A stretch of DNA of 60,611 nucleotides, counting the filler, from Perkinsus olseni (Eukaryota): NCBI GenBank assembly GCA_013115125.1. It is 7 parts of 7 records of this genome, joined end to end, with 100 filler letters (N's around TTAATTAATTAA, not from the genome) between each part and the next. Parts side by side here need not be neighbours in the genome. Positions count along the whole stretch, not along the records: positions 8,695 to 17,281 come from JABANN010000959.1; positions 17,382 to 25,967 come from JABANN010000960.1; 5 more parts are not named here. The stretch is one strand, 5' to 3'. Shown here piece after piece: positions 10,990 through 24,493 of the stretch. The notes under the pieces were generated by a model. That model was not told where the DNA came from and did no database searches. It saw only the letters and a program-made list of their open reading frames with translations. The position numbers were made by a program, and so were the translations under genes. Each line of letters opens with the position of its first letter. The stretch's first letter is position 1.

Positions 10990-11810
10990 GCTAGTACGAT
11001 GCAAAACTGGTCAATGTGATGATCAAGTTGGGATCATCGGGTCTGCTTAATGGCCAGCGAAGCTCGCTCATCGAATATGTTCCTAGTATGGGAGTTCTTC
11101 GCCAACCATCGATTGACTTTGTTGGGCCTTCGCGAGCGTTTACTCGGAGCAAATATTTATAATGCCGACAATGAGTTTCCCAATGACTCCGCACGGCTCG
11201 AGTAACCAACTTTTTGGAGAACACGCTGCCGGTAGCGGAGTAGCTAGCGGCCTCAGATTCTTGATTGATTAAGCGGAAGTCGTGAACCTGTGTCTCCTGA
11301 GCATCTGTCATTCTGCTCAAGGTCCGATATCTTTCTCAACTTCCTCCACTTCACCTCTCTTCCCTCGGCGTTCTCAGCGTCCTCTTTCTGGCAGAGAGCT
11401 TTCTTGGAGCGATGATTGATCCACCGCTCGCCAAGCACCAGCGGGCTCAGCAACGCTTTGGCCCGTCTGTGCAAGTCTCGAAAACACTAGCGGCCATAAA
11501 GATGAAACTCACATCTGCTACTGACAGAGTTCAAGCTCCATTCGCAAACGTCGCCTGTCAAGACTAATCTCGGGAGGAATTGTTGCCCCGACCCTTGATC
11601 ACCAACTGCGAGCACTGCACAGCGGTACCCATTGGGTACTAGCCAACACCAACTCCACCTGGCATCATAAGAGAGCTTCGATTGGACATTGCTAACCGTG
11701 AGAATTGTTCCTGGAGACTGCTGGCGTTGGAGTGTAGCCCTCCATATACGCCGAAAGTTGGCTCCGACTGGCGCGAGCCATTGGGAAATTAGTGGCTCCG
11801 AGTTACGACT
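10990..11810 (-). mobile_element. Possible decayed non-LTR retroelement fragment
   Basis: Intronless, frameshifted coding-like sequence with weak APE-like and pre-RT-like motifs; no RT core seen. Confidence 0.2.
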
Positions 11811-12433
11811 TAGTGACTCCTATGTAACGGTTTATGGAAGATATTATATATGAGAGGGTTCATGAAAGATATGTTTTGATTCTTTCCACCTTCCCTCCGA
11901 TGAGTCAACTCGACAAACTTCCGCCCACCCCTCCTGATGAGAAGGTCGCCGAGTTGATGAGCGTTTTCGTGAAAAATTCCGGCACTTTGCGAAGATGCCG
12001 AAGTGGGATAAAAATGGGAGTGACAGAAGGAAAGAAGGGAGCCGATAACGGTAGTAGTCGTGAGGAATAGAGTATGAATCCAAGGTTGATCAGCGTCAAT
12101 CACGGGAAGAAAGATTCTTGTCGAGCTGGAATATAGACAACATGCGTTAGGCGTTGTATACAACATGCAACATCTTCAAGTCGCACTTGATTCCATAGTG
12201 TTGAGTGGTTTCCCGCGCGCCACGAAATTATGTCGAGTGCTGTTACTTTCAGCCCTGGCTTACGCCCAGCAGGTGACGTTAAAAGCGCTCGCCCGAGACG
12301 GAGTATCTTGTTGTCGACGAGAGGGAGTTGAAGGGAAGGTTGATAATGGTAGGGGGAATCGCGAATAGTCGTAAGATGGTCACTTGAATGGAAGAATCAT
12401 TATGCAGGTTGTCGCTTTCGCGGTGTTATCGTA

Positions 12434-12505
12434 GATCTCGTGGCGCAATGGAAGCGCGTCGGTTTCCGGAGCCGAAGGTTGCGGGTTCAAGTCCCGCCGG
12501 GGTTA
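12434..12505 (+). tRNA. tRNA-Arg (anticodon CCG)
   Basis: Cloverleaf: acceptor GATCTCG/CGGGGTT, D arm GCGC-AATGGAA-GCGC, anticodon arm TCGGT-TTCCGGA-GCCGA, T arm GCGGG-TTCAAGT-CCCGC. Confidence 0.92.
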
Positions 12506-12534
12506 TTTACTTACATATCGAAATTCATGTCGTC

Positions 12535-12570
12535 CATGCAGGAGGTCCCTGGTTCGATTCCCACGCTCGT
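12535..12570 (+). pseudogene. Truncated tRNA 3' half (B-box relic)
   Basis: CATGCAGGAGGTCCCTGGTTCGATTCCCAC; no D arm or complete acceptor stem. Confidence 0.45.
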
Positions 12571-12580
12571 TTCTTTGCAG

Positions 12581-15101
12581 GGTTCTCGACATGGACCGCT
12601 GACAGTCCACCAGACGATGTGAGCTTGGATACCCAAGCATACTGGGAAGCAATGCGGACGGACGGTGAGCGAATCTCTCATTCATCTTCGTTATTCTCGA
12701 ATTATGGGATTTATCACTGCACAAAATATCAATTTGTTGATAAACCTTCGCGAGCAAGTCGATCGAACAGTACTTCACTGCTGAGGAGAAACAGCGGGAG
12801 AAGGCTTCCCGAAAAAAACAGAAAATTCCTGACCAATTCAGTTTTTCTCTTTTCCCTTCAGGCGCGTCATCAGAAGAAGCCCCGGCAGACCTCTCGTGGG
12901 CCGAGGTGGACTCAAGTCTCCGATCGACTTTTCGCGGAGTTGATTTGGCCGAACTTCATCGCGGGGAGCCGGCTGGGGAGGACAACATATACACGAACAA
13001 CGTAAGAAATTTTTTTTAGAAGTTTTTTGAGTTTTCGGGAAATTTCGGGAAATTTTCCGCCGCGCAGTCAGAAAAGATTGATGTATGTTGATGCATATTT
13101 TTCACATGTCTGAATTTTTTCCCCACGCCGAAAGTTTTTCTGGGAAAACTTGTTCGTTCATGAGTCGAGTGACCTCGCTCATTCTCTCTGATGCACACCC
13201 CTGTGCTGATGTCGTAACTTCACGTCGGGGCGATCAGGGCTCACCACAATTTGCAACTTGTCGTGCGTGACGGCGGAATTTTTCACCCATTTTCGGTAGG
13301 TACTCTGGCAAAGCTCCGACGATACACTCGACCACGAAGTTGAGAATTTTGATGGTACGATGAGCTGTGCGAAAAAACGGTATTCGTGAATTGCTTCGCT
13401 CCGCTCAGAAGTTGTCTCCAGCGATGAAGACGTCGAGAATCTCAGCAAGAGGTTCACTGACACTACTGCCAAGTATGGCGTGTGGAAAGATCCCGAGGTT
13501 GAACAGTGAGTTTCATGGGAAGCAAGATACCCTTTCGAGTACCCTGTATGCCGTACCGGAATTTTGGATATTCATTTCCGAAAAATTTTCCATGGTTTTT
13601 TCGTTTTTTTCAGTTCATTCACGCAGCAGTCGCCGTTGACTCCTATTTTTTCCCTGACCGAAGATTACGCAGTCCCCCCCAATTTTCGAGGGCGGCGAGT
13701 CGAAGTGGTAGAGAATTCGGTTAGGAGGGATTCCCAGCCCGCTCGACTGAGCGTTGAAGAACCGTATCTTTGCCGGTGAGTATCTTTGCGCACGCGAAAG
13801 ATTTTCGGTCGCATCTTGTGGCTTGTAGATGCTCGGGTGCGATGCGGAGCTCGGAGGAGAATGCTCGGGGGAGAAGCACGGGAAGTCTTAACTCATCAGA
13901 GAAGGTGAAAACTTTATTCTCTTTGAGCCGGAATTATTTACCCAGTTTTGTCTGATGTTTTACTATTTTCGCGATGTATGCGCGAAACGGCTACTAACTC
14001 CTGTAGAATTTATTTTTCACGGAAATTCGCGGAGTTTTTTGGAACCGCCGCTACCATTTTTCCCTTCGGAAAAATTTTCCGAAATTTCCCTTTTTCCCTT
14101 CCGAAAAATTTTCCCTTCCCATTCTCCCCTTTCTCCCTTCGGGTCCCGAAGTTCGGGAAAATACAGATTGATGTGTAACAATGTTTTTAAATACCCAGCT
14201 TCGTGCTAGGATACGCGGTAACGAGATGAGGAGTGCTTCCGGTGTATTGGGAGAGGGAAAAGCCGTCACATTGCAAGCCGTGAAAAATTACAAAAAATTA
14301 GATCACATTGGGAAAAATTTTACTGAAATTTCAGAATAAATGAGAATTTCCCTGGCAGGTTTCCCTGCAATGGTGTGATCGGGAGAGATGCGCTCCGCCA
14401 AGAGTGCGGTGCCTGAGAGGAGGTATCAGACCTTACTGTTATATCGAGGTAATTTTTTTTCGCTTCGCTCCGCCATTTTCTGGAATTTTTCCGTTTTCAG
14501 GTCTGGGGAATTACCCGAGAGTTTCGTGGCGACAGGCAATTACCGCTGGAAAATTATATTGACCCGCCGAAAAATGAAATCGGAAGTCTCGAAGGCGTTC
14601 GGGAAAGATTATTGTGAGGCCCTCAGGGGAAAAGCGCTCGCCCTGCTGATCGATTCTCTTCCACGGGTTTGGTGAATGATTTGTGATAATTTCCGCTCTT
14701 CGGAGTATCTTACGTGGACCTTTGTCGGTGTCGGAAAGGTCGTGATACAGGATTTTGACTTTGGCTTCAGAGACGTTTTGATTGGCGATAAATCCGAGAA
14801 ATCTTTCATGGAAGATATCCCTATAATGTGGGGCTGCTGGAAGGAGAGCATCATATTCGTTCTACCAACGGAAGAAGCATGTACATTAAATCTTCCTTAT
14901 CGATCGAAATGGCGAGCGCTTCTTACATCAGGTGAGACTCTGTTGAAGGCTCTGGCGAGATGCGGTTACAATGAAGATCGTGTCGTTCGAGTGGAGCCCA
15001 CCAGTGAGTGCGATGGTCCAGTGCGGCAGGGGGTTGAATTGAAGTGTCCGGCGAACTTCGCTCGGAAGATCAACTTCGGTTTGCTCATTGATGGTTTCTA
15101 G
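12581..15101 (+). CDS. Multi-exon hypothetical protein (about 11 exons; start unresolved)
   Basis: Series of GT-AG-bounded exons separated by TTTTCCGAAAA-rich introns; ends GETLLKALARCGYNEDRVV...LLIDGF*. Confidence 0.5.
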
Positions 15102-15504
15102 TAGTCCTCAGAGTCGTTTCATTGATTCTTCCCTCATTATTTCGATACTCCATTTGTGTAGGAGAAGCTCCATCAGAGGGTGGCGGGCTGCCTCCTGCGT
15201 GGTCGAGTCAGGAGCGATGGAAGGCCCCTGAGCGGAAACCACGTAGTCGGCAGGACCCTCGTGAGCAGCAGCAACAACAGAAGAAAAACAGACGGGAGGA
15301 GGACTTGAACCCGGGTCATGTGAAGCGGAAGGAACGGTCGGAAGAGCCGACTGGTATACCATGCCTCCTGTGCAAGGGAGACCACAAAAATGAGTCTTGC
15401 CCGTAATGGTCAATTTACATTTATGTTTCACAAATCTTTCGCAGTTACTTTCGACAGTCTGTAGTGCTCCGATCTTCTTCTGAGGTCTTCAACAAAACTA
15501 AATG

Positions 15505-16088
15505 GGGTAATCAACGCTGGTTGGACTCCACCCTCTCCAAGGCGGGTTATGGCGCTACATTCAAGGTAAGGCGATCAGATTTGCTCCAGTTTTCACTGAA
15601 ATTGTCGCGAAAAAATAATAATTTCGATGAGATGAGATGAGACTTTTGGTAAGTGCGTGGAAGTTCAATAGCGGCATTCCTGAGCTGCTTAACGGGGAAG
15701 GGTTTTCAAGCCTCGGAAGTACTTGCTGGTTGACTCAAGGATGGTGAATCGTGCTCAGTGAGCTGACGACGTATAGCTATGTAGAACTCTCGAACGTACA
15801 TTGTGCGTTCGTACAACCATTCTTCATTTATCAGGTTGCGTGGTGGGAGAATTTCGGGGCGTCGAAAGTGGCCGCTGTTGCGTGCCTGAATCATGCCAAT
15901 GCTGAGAAGATGCTCGGGTTGAAGAAGTTGGAGTTGCCGGGCGAGGTGAGGTCTTGTCTCGGTTCGTTTCCGGTTTGATTGTCATTTGCAGGTACTGGTT
16001 GAGGTCGAGGCGGTTCCACACGGAAAAGATGATCCTCGGCGACAGTCGACGAAAAGACAAAGATTGGAGCATTCGAAGCTTGGATGAC
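15505..16088 (+). CDS. Small multi-exon hypothetical protein
   Basis: Exons NQRWLDSTLSKAGYGATFK | VAWWENFGASKVAAVACLNHANAEKMLGLKKLELPGE | VLVEVEAVPHG...HSKLG*. Confidence 0.4.
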
Positions 16089-16597
16089 TAAGTTTCCAAT
16101 GCCGATGTTGTTGTGTTGGTGAAGGTGTGGTATGGCGGAGGATACCGGCCGTGGATCGGCGTTAGACGACAGCTTGAAAATACTCTGTTTGGAATGGGTG
16201 TCGCGCAGTTTCAAAGTAACAATGACGAAGTTGTTAAGCGCATAGTTACCCTTAGATGGCATCTTGCGGTGGAAAGATAACACAGTTCATGGTAGGGCGC
16301 ACAACATTGAAAAAATGATTTCTCAGAAATCGAAAGGCAGCAGCAAGATCATAATTCTATAATCGCGTTGTTGGTTGATAGCGTTCGATGCTGAGCGCCG
16401 GTAATAGTCGTTAGGAGCAGCAGTGAAATCTGCCTCTTGACCAGGAAGGGCCTTGCAGGCCCTGGTCTGCTCCCAATCCTGTCCCACCCACACTCTCGGT
16501 TGTGCTCGCTTCATGAGGAGGGAGTGGATGAAACTGAGAACGGGTACTCGACAGCGCAGCCCACGCGTCTCGGCGGGTACGCAGCTGTCTCTCCCGA

Positions 16598-16861
16598 ATG
16601 CAGATGAGCCAAATCCGTGGCAGTGAACGACTGCGGCTGATCGATGAGAATGAAATTCCGGTCCCTCCAGTAGAAGAAGATATCTGGTTGTGTGATGAGC
16701 TGCTGATATTGAGTAATCGAACCATCTTCCGCACAACTGAAGCTAGTGTAGATATCGAAGCGATAGCACTCACCACACTTTGCTTGGAGCTTCCGCCCTT
16801 CCCAACCCAATCCCTCGATTTGGAGGTAGGACTTGAGTTTGTCGTCAACGATGTTTCGAGG
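16598..16861 (+). CDS. Exon of a hypothetical protein (partial)
   Basis: 88-aa ORF of protein-like composition ending at a GAG|GTAAG donor. Confidence 0.3.
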
Positions 16862-17699
16862 TAAGTTCGCAGAGGGGAGTGGATTGCACTCGTTGTTGAA
16901 CACTCTGAGACCCAAAGGAAGACCACCGATGAAGTGGTGTGAGCTCTAATTCGTGGTAGCGATCCGCCGAGAGAAGGATCAGCGGGAGTGAAATTCCTCC
17001 CGCAGAGGTCTAGCCTGCGCACAGGTGTGCGTGGGGGTGGAGCCCATGTGATAAGGGTGTTTCAAGCTATAGCTAGTTGTTCTCACCCTGAAGAGAAGAA
17101 GTTGATACTACAATAAGTGTAATATAACTGGTGGATGGACGCTCGACCCAGCCCTCCGCTCCCTGGAGGTGGAGGTAGGGTACCACAATTTACTGACTCG
17201 GTCCTAACTGGATATGGAGTCCGGTAATTCATGTGGTATCCTACTGAATATTGACTGACAGGTTCTCATCACCTGTTCGAGNNNNNNNNNNNNNNNNNNN
17301 NNNNNNNNNNNNNNNNNNNNNNNNNTTAATTAATTAANNNNNNNNNNNNNNNNNNNNNNNNNNNNNNNNNNNNNNNNNNNNGTAGACATTTAAAGTGATG
17401 CCCTTCAATGGCTTTTTCTCTCGGGGCACTTTGAATTTTGGTACCACCGTGCGACGTCAGTGTCGCTGAGTCATTGGTGGCCAACAAGCAGACCCTTCAC
17501 GGTCACATGTGCCCCATCGATAATATCATGTTCGTTGTGACGAGCCCTGAGGCGCCTCCAGAGCAACCGCACGCTGAAGACCGTCAGGCTATCCATGAGT
17601 GAGCTCTGTTCTGGTCTTTTCTGACTGTTACAGTTTGAAACGCCGGCCGATCCTTTGGACCAATAGCTAATTGACAATTAGACGGCTAGTGTCTTTAGG

Positions 17700-20053
17700 A
17701 TGGTCCACGGTACTCCAGTGATGCCCACTGGTACCGGCCGTCGTCTGCTCAACCCTCGGATGTTGGCTCAACAGGCTGAGGAGGCCAGGGCAGAGCTTCC
17801 TGCGCTTTGTCTCCTCACATGCAGCAGCAGGGATAACCAAGTAGCGCTGCTCCACACGCCAGGGAGTTTCAGTGCTGAGTGCCCGCAGGTACTGTGCTTC
17901 GATCCTTCCACCCACAGTAGGATCCCGCAGACACTCAAGGCAGGCGAATGGTTGTGCCGTCTCTTCTCACTTACTCACAGGTGCTTGAGCTCGGAAGGGC
18001 AATGAGTATGCCTTGCAATCGCTGGAGACTGCCTTCTAAATCCTCACAAGTCTGTGCAGAGTTGAACGTCTTGACTGGTTTCAAAGGTGGCCTCTATCCT
18101 GGGCGGTCGGCTAGACATGCAATACTCACCTCAGGTGGCCGGTCTAGCAGTGCCCCGGGCAGCACTATCCATTCCGTAGGCTCCACAGGCTCCACAGGCT
18201 ACAGACAGGTACTCCCTGTCCCGTCTGTTCCAGTAGCTCCGTCAATCCTGAGCTCCTCAGGTCAGAGCATCGCCCGACGGCCGCTTACTATGCCTCTGCG
18301 ATAGAGCAGCAGGTATTGTAGAGGTTGCCGTTGCATGCAGTGGTGAGCGTATCGCCCATAGAAAAACCCACGGTAGTTTTAATGCCTTGGTCACCCGTGC
18401 TACAACTCCGTGCCGTTGCTACAACTCATCCAGGCTCGGCGTCTCCTAGCGGTATCGCCTGGATCGACAACGGGACGGTCGCTGCCGTCGCTATCGACGG
18501 CACGGTCTCCCTTTGGCGAGTCCCTGGGAGCGCGCCTGAGGATCAGGTACTGCTACGCTGTGTGTGGTCGCTTCGAGTTCCGCAACTTCAGAGCCCCGTT
18601 CCATCTTTACCGGGGAAGGTCGCGAAGGGAGTTCCCGAAATAACCGAGGCGGAGCTACGCGAAATCCTGGCCTGCAACGGTGGAACAGATGACGGGGACC
18701 TCGATGGACCTCCCGAGATCGAAGATAAAGAGAATCAGGTGAGTTACGGAATCAGTTCGTAACTCACCTAATTCGTACTCTGATATCGTAACTTCCGATG
18801 CTCATTGAACGATGGCGACAGCAGCGTTAGCAGGCACCCTCCCCTGATGCGGAAGCGATGCCAGAGGAGGCTTCAGATGGAGAAGCTGAACTTCGTAAGC
18901 TCAACCGTCGTCCACTCTGCTGCCAGTTTTCCACACTGTGACCGCTGAGTTCCGAAATGCCCCTCTCGAGCCATGAGCATTGAGTTCTATGCGAAGTTTC
19001 GGGACGCCACTGAGGGTCGTCTTGGTCTCTGTCTTAGCATCTACACAGCATTATCAATGGGAGGCTGAGGTCGACCCGGATAAAGACTACGGCTGTTATA
19101 CGTGGGAGTCACCACAGAGAGGGATGGAGAGAAAAGCGTATTAGAGTCTCTGCGGCGTGCGCGGAGTTCGTGTGCTCATGTCAGAGTGTTTGAGGCGCGG
19201 AGAGCTCGACGGGTGACGGTAGCCGGGAAGGTTGGCGAGAATCAGAGAGGCCCCAGCCAGTTTCCCTGGAAGGAAGAAGGCTTCGTCGCTGGTACAATCT
19301 AAGTCCGCCGGGAGAAGCCATTGTGATCGAGGCTCAGGCACCCCATCATCACGCTTCAATCCTAGTGCGACGACTACGGGCGTATCAGAACTCCTCTCCG
19401 CTGACTGCGACCTCGACGATCGTTTCGGCCGCCATTTTGCTGCTACCGTGAGTTGCTTCATGGAAGTAGTCTTCTCGGCTCACTCCTGAACAGGCTCCTG
19501 CCCAGACGAAGCTCTCCCGTGGCTCTCTCGTGAAAGTGAAGACATCTGTTGAGCCTGGTGCATACGTCATCAGAATCAGTGGCCCAAGCTGTGCTGAGCA
19601 ACGTATTCGCAGAGTAGGCTCAACATCCTGACACTATTTCGACGACTATTCGAACTTGTCTCAGGTCGTAGCTGACCTCGGGGCTCAGATAATCCGCATC
19701 GAGTCCCCAGTCGACTCCAACTCGGTGAAAGTCCCCATCGGCTTCGATTTATCAGCACGGCTGAAAATCGATGTTCGTGGAATCCAGCAGCATGGGTCTA
19801 TCAAGATAATGGTAGCCACACCATTGTCTTCACAAATAGCTTGTGGGCTTGCGGTTATCCCGCCGAGAACCCGCTACGTCGTGGTCGATGGCCCTGTGCT
19901 CTGGAGATCTCGGCATCCTCCGCTCATGCTTGCATTCACGGTTTATCGTGGTCGTTGCACAGGTTCCTCGACGGAGAGCAGGAACAGTATGTGGTTACGG
20001 AGATAAGTTGCTGATTGATACAGCTGGGCTTCCAGCTACCAAGCCGATAACTT
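17700..20053 (+). CDS. Multi-exon hypothetical protein with at least one WD40-like repeat
   Basis: HPGSASPSGIAWIDNGTVAAVAIDGTVSLWRV in 18325-18740; further GT-AG exons to ~20050. Could be two genes. Confidence 0.45.
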
Positions 20054-20549
20054 AAGTCTGCCGCCTTATTGATTGTACCGTATAAATGTAGCCGCAATTA
20101 AGAGTGGTTATGAGCATGTTGGAATAGCTTTTTGGTCGCGCACGATGCTCTTGGGTTGTTCCAATGACCTGCTCGACGTAGGAGAGCGGCTCTGAAGCAT
20201 GTCGTGAGTTGTCGAAACCCTCTCCCGCGAATGGCTCACGCTCGCTCTTTGTTGTGTGATTCGCGAGATGATTCCCTCGCCCGGCTCTAACTATTCCTTT
20301 GAGATGCTCATCAGCGAAAGAGAGATCGCTTCTTAAAGGTAAAACACTACTTGGCGGGTATCTTGCCCGGGATATTGAGCGAAACCGGTGTGATATTCCG
20401 CCGCCGAGGTGCCGACTAGTTCAGGTGACCATATTAGACTAAAACTAACACTATGAGTCTGCACCAGTGAGTCTCTTGTCTTGGTGAGTGACTTGAACAA
20501 ATCAACACTAGGAGTAGTGGATTCAAGGACAGCAGCAAACACAAGTGAG

Positions 20550-21515
20550 TCACACGGCCGCAGTAGATGTCCCGACGACGTCACGAGGAGGGAACTTGTA
20601 GAAGAGATAATAGTTCCCATCCTTTTCTGGCATAAACATGAAGTCGGAGTGGCAATAGCAGCGGATGTAGTGCATTGGCGACTGTGAATTGCAAGTACTC
20701 GAACGACCAGGCGTAGGAGGGTCGAGACCATAGCGTTCTCACCAGTGACGAAGGTGAAGTTCAGCCTCTTATATAACCGTAAAGCGCCTTCATTGTACGG
20801 ATTTACCCTGAGGTAAGCCTCGGTTACTCTTGGCCACTTGATGCGTATCTATAGGTGTTATAGACATCTATAGGTGGCATGTAGTGGAGATGTCGGTCGA
20901 ACTGGGGTTGTGATTCACAGTTACATCTTCGAGGGCCTTTCGAAGCATCATCTCTCCTATCCCCTTGCGGCGCTCATTGGAAACCACATACACTATGGAG
21001 ATATAAACGACCGTATCACGCTCCTTCGCTGGCCTGACACCGAGGAGTTCTGCTCGCACATCCTGACGGTGTGACGACTCTGCAGAAGCTGCCCCGAGCG
21101 GCAGACTGAGATTAAAGGTCAAAGTTCAGGCTCTACAGTCTTACAGTTTGAGCATATGAGCGAGGAAATGACTGACCTCCTGCGATTCGACGTACCCGAC
21201 GATGGACTGAGAGAAGAGCATTCCCTGCAGTATTCTGCGAGCACTGAGCCCTGGTCGGGAGCTCACTAGGAGACTTGCCTTTACGTGGTCAGCCTCCGGC
21301 TTGAACGCAACAAACCTGCGACCACCCATGACTTCTTGCATTTCCGATCTGAGCATCATATCGCCAGGCTTCCATGGTCTGTATTGGAGCTGGGAAGAAA
21401 GACCATCATGTGATTCCTCCTTTTTGAGTGAGCCGGCGAGATGGCTCTCAGGATCTCCTCGCGTCGCTGTGCTCCCAACCGCGATCTGTATCCAACAGAT
21501 GTAGGCGACTATCAT
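20550..21515 (-). CDS. GNAT N-acetyltransferase with probable signal peptide, copy 1
   Basis: Motif A VYISIVYVVSNERRKGIGEMMLRKAL; motif B VNPYNEGALRLYKRLNF; hydrophobic N-terminus; final exon LFYKFPP. Confidence 0.8.
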
Positions 21516-22494
21516 GGTGATTTCAATCCCACACAGAGGAAGTAGCTGGCACGATGAGCCGGTAATTCCTCTGGAGTACACCCCTCAATTAGAGACGTCC
21601 GAATCGAACGTCATTACACGGTCGAGCTCGTATCGGTCGCGTACAGGTCAGCCGACCAGAAGATCTGTCAGCATCGCTATCTGACTTTCGAAGGGTACTA
21701 CGAGGTTAAGAAATCAGCGTACCCAACTTGAGCGAAAAACGATCGTTAGTCACACTTGGAGCTGTAGACACTACTTTTTTGAGCACAGTGAAACCCCATT
21801 CCGGGATTTGGAATGATTTTTTTGATTCCCATTCGGGGATTGCGTGCCCGGAGACGAAGTGCCTACCGAGCCGATGATGTAAAAACCGAACGTATCTCTT
21901 AAAGTAGAAGCTCAGAGCTCAACGAGACGGGAATCTCGTCTCGTTTTGTGTATTGTTATGCAGCCCGGCGAGACGGCTGTGATCCACACGGGCAGAAAAC
22001 CTGTCCTGTCTCCTCCTGCAGACGGCACACGGTTTTGCTGACTGCGTCCGTTCCTTCCCCGCTGGAGGAAATGGCGTCGGTTCCCGAACGTTCGACTGTG
22101 ATCTGACAGATCACTTGCTGAGGACCTCTGAGAGCAGTGAGTTTGACTATGAATGCGCTTGCAATTGCTGCTGGTCGTCGCGTAGGTTACTCGTAGGAGA
22201 GCAGCAACACCTTATGATCACGGGTGTAAGGTTGCAATCCACCGACCAAAAGTAGAAGTATTCGATTGACGGCAGCGTGAATTTTCCTTCAAGTACCGAC
22301 TAGGGCGGCTGACAGCTGCAGCCCTTCTCAATGCATCCGAGGCAGCGGCATTGGAGAGCCTCTGCTACCGGATTATGGGATGCTAGTGGCATGATATCAC
22401 CGTCTTATCATTGACATGACTGGCAAATCCACTCAAGGAATGACCAAGCAGTGCTACATCACAACAATTTGTGACAAGTGGCGTGGGTTTGTTG

Positions 22495-22500
22495 ATGATG

Positions 22501-22540
<40 letters not shown>
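22495..22540. repeat. (CAT)n/(GAT)n microsatellite
   Basis: Direct observation. Confidence 0.95.
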
Positions 22541-22541
22541 G

Positions 22542-23470
22542 TCACCGACTAGCATTGTGCGGAGGGTACTTGTAGAGTAGAAAGAGGTTCTGGCGGCTCT
22601 CTGAGAGAGGAGACCAAGTTGACCACAACTTTTGGACTGCGACGGATAATCAATGGGCAACAAACGAAAACCCGCCCGGAAAGGAAGAAGGGAGCGTACT
22701 GAGGAAGCCCTACAAGACCCTTGATGTTAACTGTGACTGCAGATCAGGGAACTATTCTTACGGTCAACGACTGTAAAGTTGAGTCTGCTGTAGAGCCTCG
22801 TGACGGCAGGGTTCGTGCGATCCGCAACGAGGTGCGTCGCGATTACTGTTGGCCATCTTACACGTATCTATGAACGATCCAGTATTGTTGACCAGCAACT
22901 GAACCACTTCCCGCCGTGGCGTCTCGATAGGGGAAGCACTCACGTCATCGAGGGCCTTTGGTAGCATCGTCGATGCTATTCGCTTGTTCTGCACATAGGA
23001 GTGCACGATAACGCACGAAATGTAAACGACGGTGTCACGTTCCGTCATTCCTTGCCTAAGAATCAGCAGCCCCATTTGATTGTTCGGTTTGGGGCCTTTC
23101 ATTGACTTACAGTTCGTCCCAGAGGTACGCCGGAGCTGGTTTGTCTTCCTCCGACTCCACGTATCCCAACACATACTGAGAGGTGAGCAGTATCTCAACA
23201 TCTGTTAGCTTCCAAGCCGCTTCACCAAGTTACCTCAGAGTTGGGAACCGCGGCAACGAACCTCCGACCATAAGTCATCGGCAGTTGCTCCCCACCAAAT
23301 AAATCTCCGTGCCGCCAAGGTCTATATTCCAACCCGGGTAGGAAGCCACTATATGCTCCCTCTTCGATAGGGTAACCTGGAGCTCGTGTAGGAGCTCGGG
23401 CTGCCGCGCCCCCCATAGCGGTGTGCACCGATGGAATGTGTAGGGCGAGTATAATAAGAGCAGCGAACAT
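22542..23470 (-). CDS. GNAT N-acetyltransferase with signal peptide, copy 2
   Basis: MFAALIILALHIPSVHTA; LEYRPWRHGD; VYISCVIVHSYVQNKRIASTMLPKAL; THLVADRTNPAVTRLYSRLNF; LYKYPP. Confidence 0.78.
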
Positions 23471-24493
23471 CAACAACTGGTTATAGAGTAGGTGGCAAGT
23501 TTGCGTTAGGTTCACAAAACAGCTACGAAGGATAGAGTCGTTCTCTCAACGCGTTCGGCCAATGCACTCCCTTTCTCGAGGCAAAACCCGAATGCATTCC
23601 AATAGAGTTAGCCGAGGAAGCCAGACCACGTTGAGTTCTGCTCCGGCAACGCCTCACAAGTTCGAGGAAGTATCGCCTAGGCGCCGTTGCTGAGCGGGCT
23701 ATGCCACTGTCGAATTCATAGCTGCTATCAGCAGAGTTCAGTTGCAAAGGACGATTTTCATGAAAACGTGGCCTGTTCAGTGGCCACTGGATATCCGCCT
23801 TCGCGCGTCTTTTCGAGTTGGAAATACCCCGGAATATAGCTCTCGAGCCTTGAGCCGGGTTCCCGTCTCGTCCTGCAGGTGCCGTCGGCAACTTGCGGAC
23901 CCGCAACGCTCCATGAAGAGCGTTGTTAAGAAAGGCTGGCTCTTTCCCTTCTGGGTCTTGCAAATGACACCGCTTCATGTAAGTTGCCAACACAGCGACG
24001 TCGTGAGACACAGCGCACGTCATGAGTGGCTGGATGCTGTCGGGGATTGAGAACACGGTTGCCCTTGAGACTTGTATTTTCCACTTCTTGTGATTCACGT
24101 TTTTTCACGGCAACCATGGGAAGCAATAGTCGATACCGCGCATTATGCCAGGCTGCGCGGTTCTTGTGAGCAGCCTACTCGGGTGTGATCTTTGAAATTT
24201 CTCGATCCATCCCGGAGTCCTCTGGTGTGTCTTTTCCTGCTCCGCTGCGCTGAGTGTCATCCCACCTACACCCTCAAGCTCTCAACACGAAGGTGGCACC
24301 TTCAAGGTGCTTTAACAACGACAGTAAATCCGACGCTGTGTTTGCTTCCCTTGAGATTTTTCCCACTCAGGGCAGGCGGCCAAAGGTGGAAAATCCACGC
24401 GAGGAGAGGAACAAACAACTCCAGATCGTAGAAAAGCCGAACAAGTAGCAGTTAGAACATTGGTCACCTAAGTAATTAACTCCATGACGAGGG

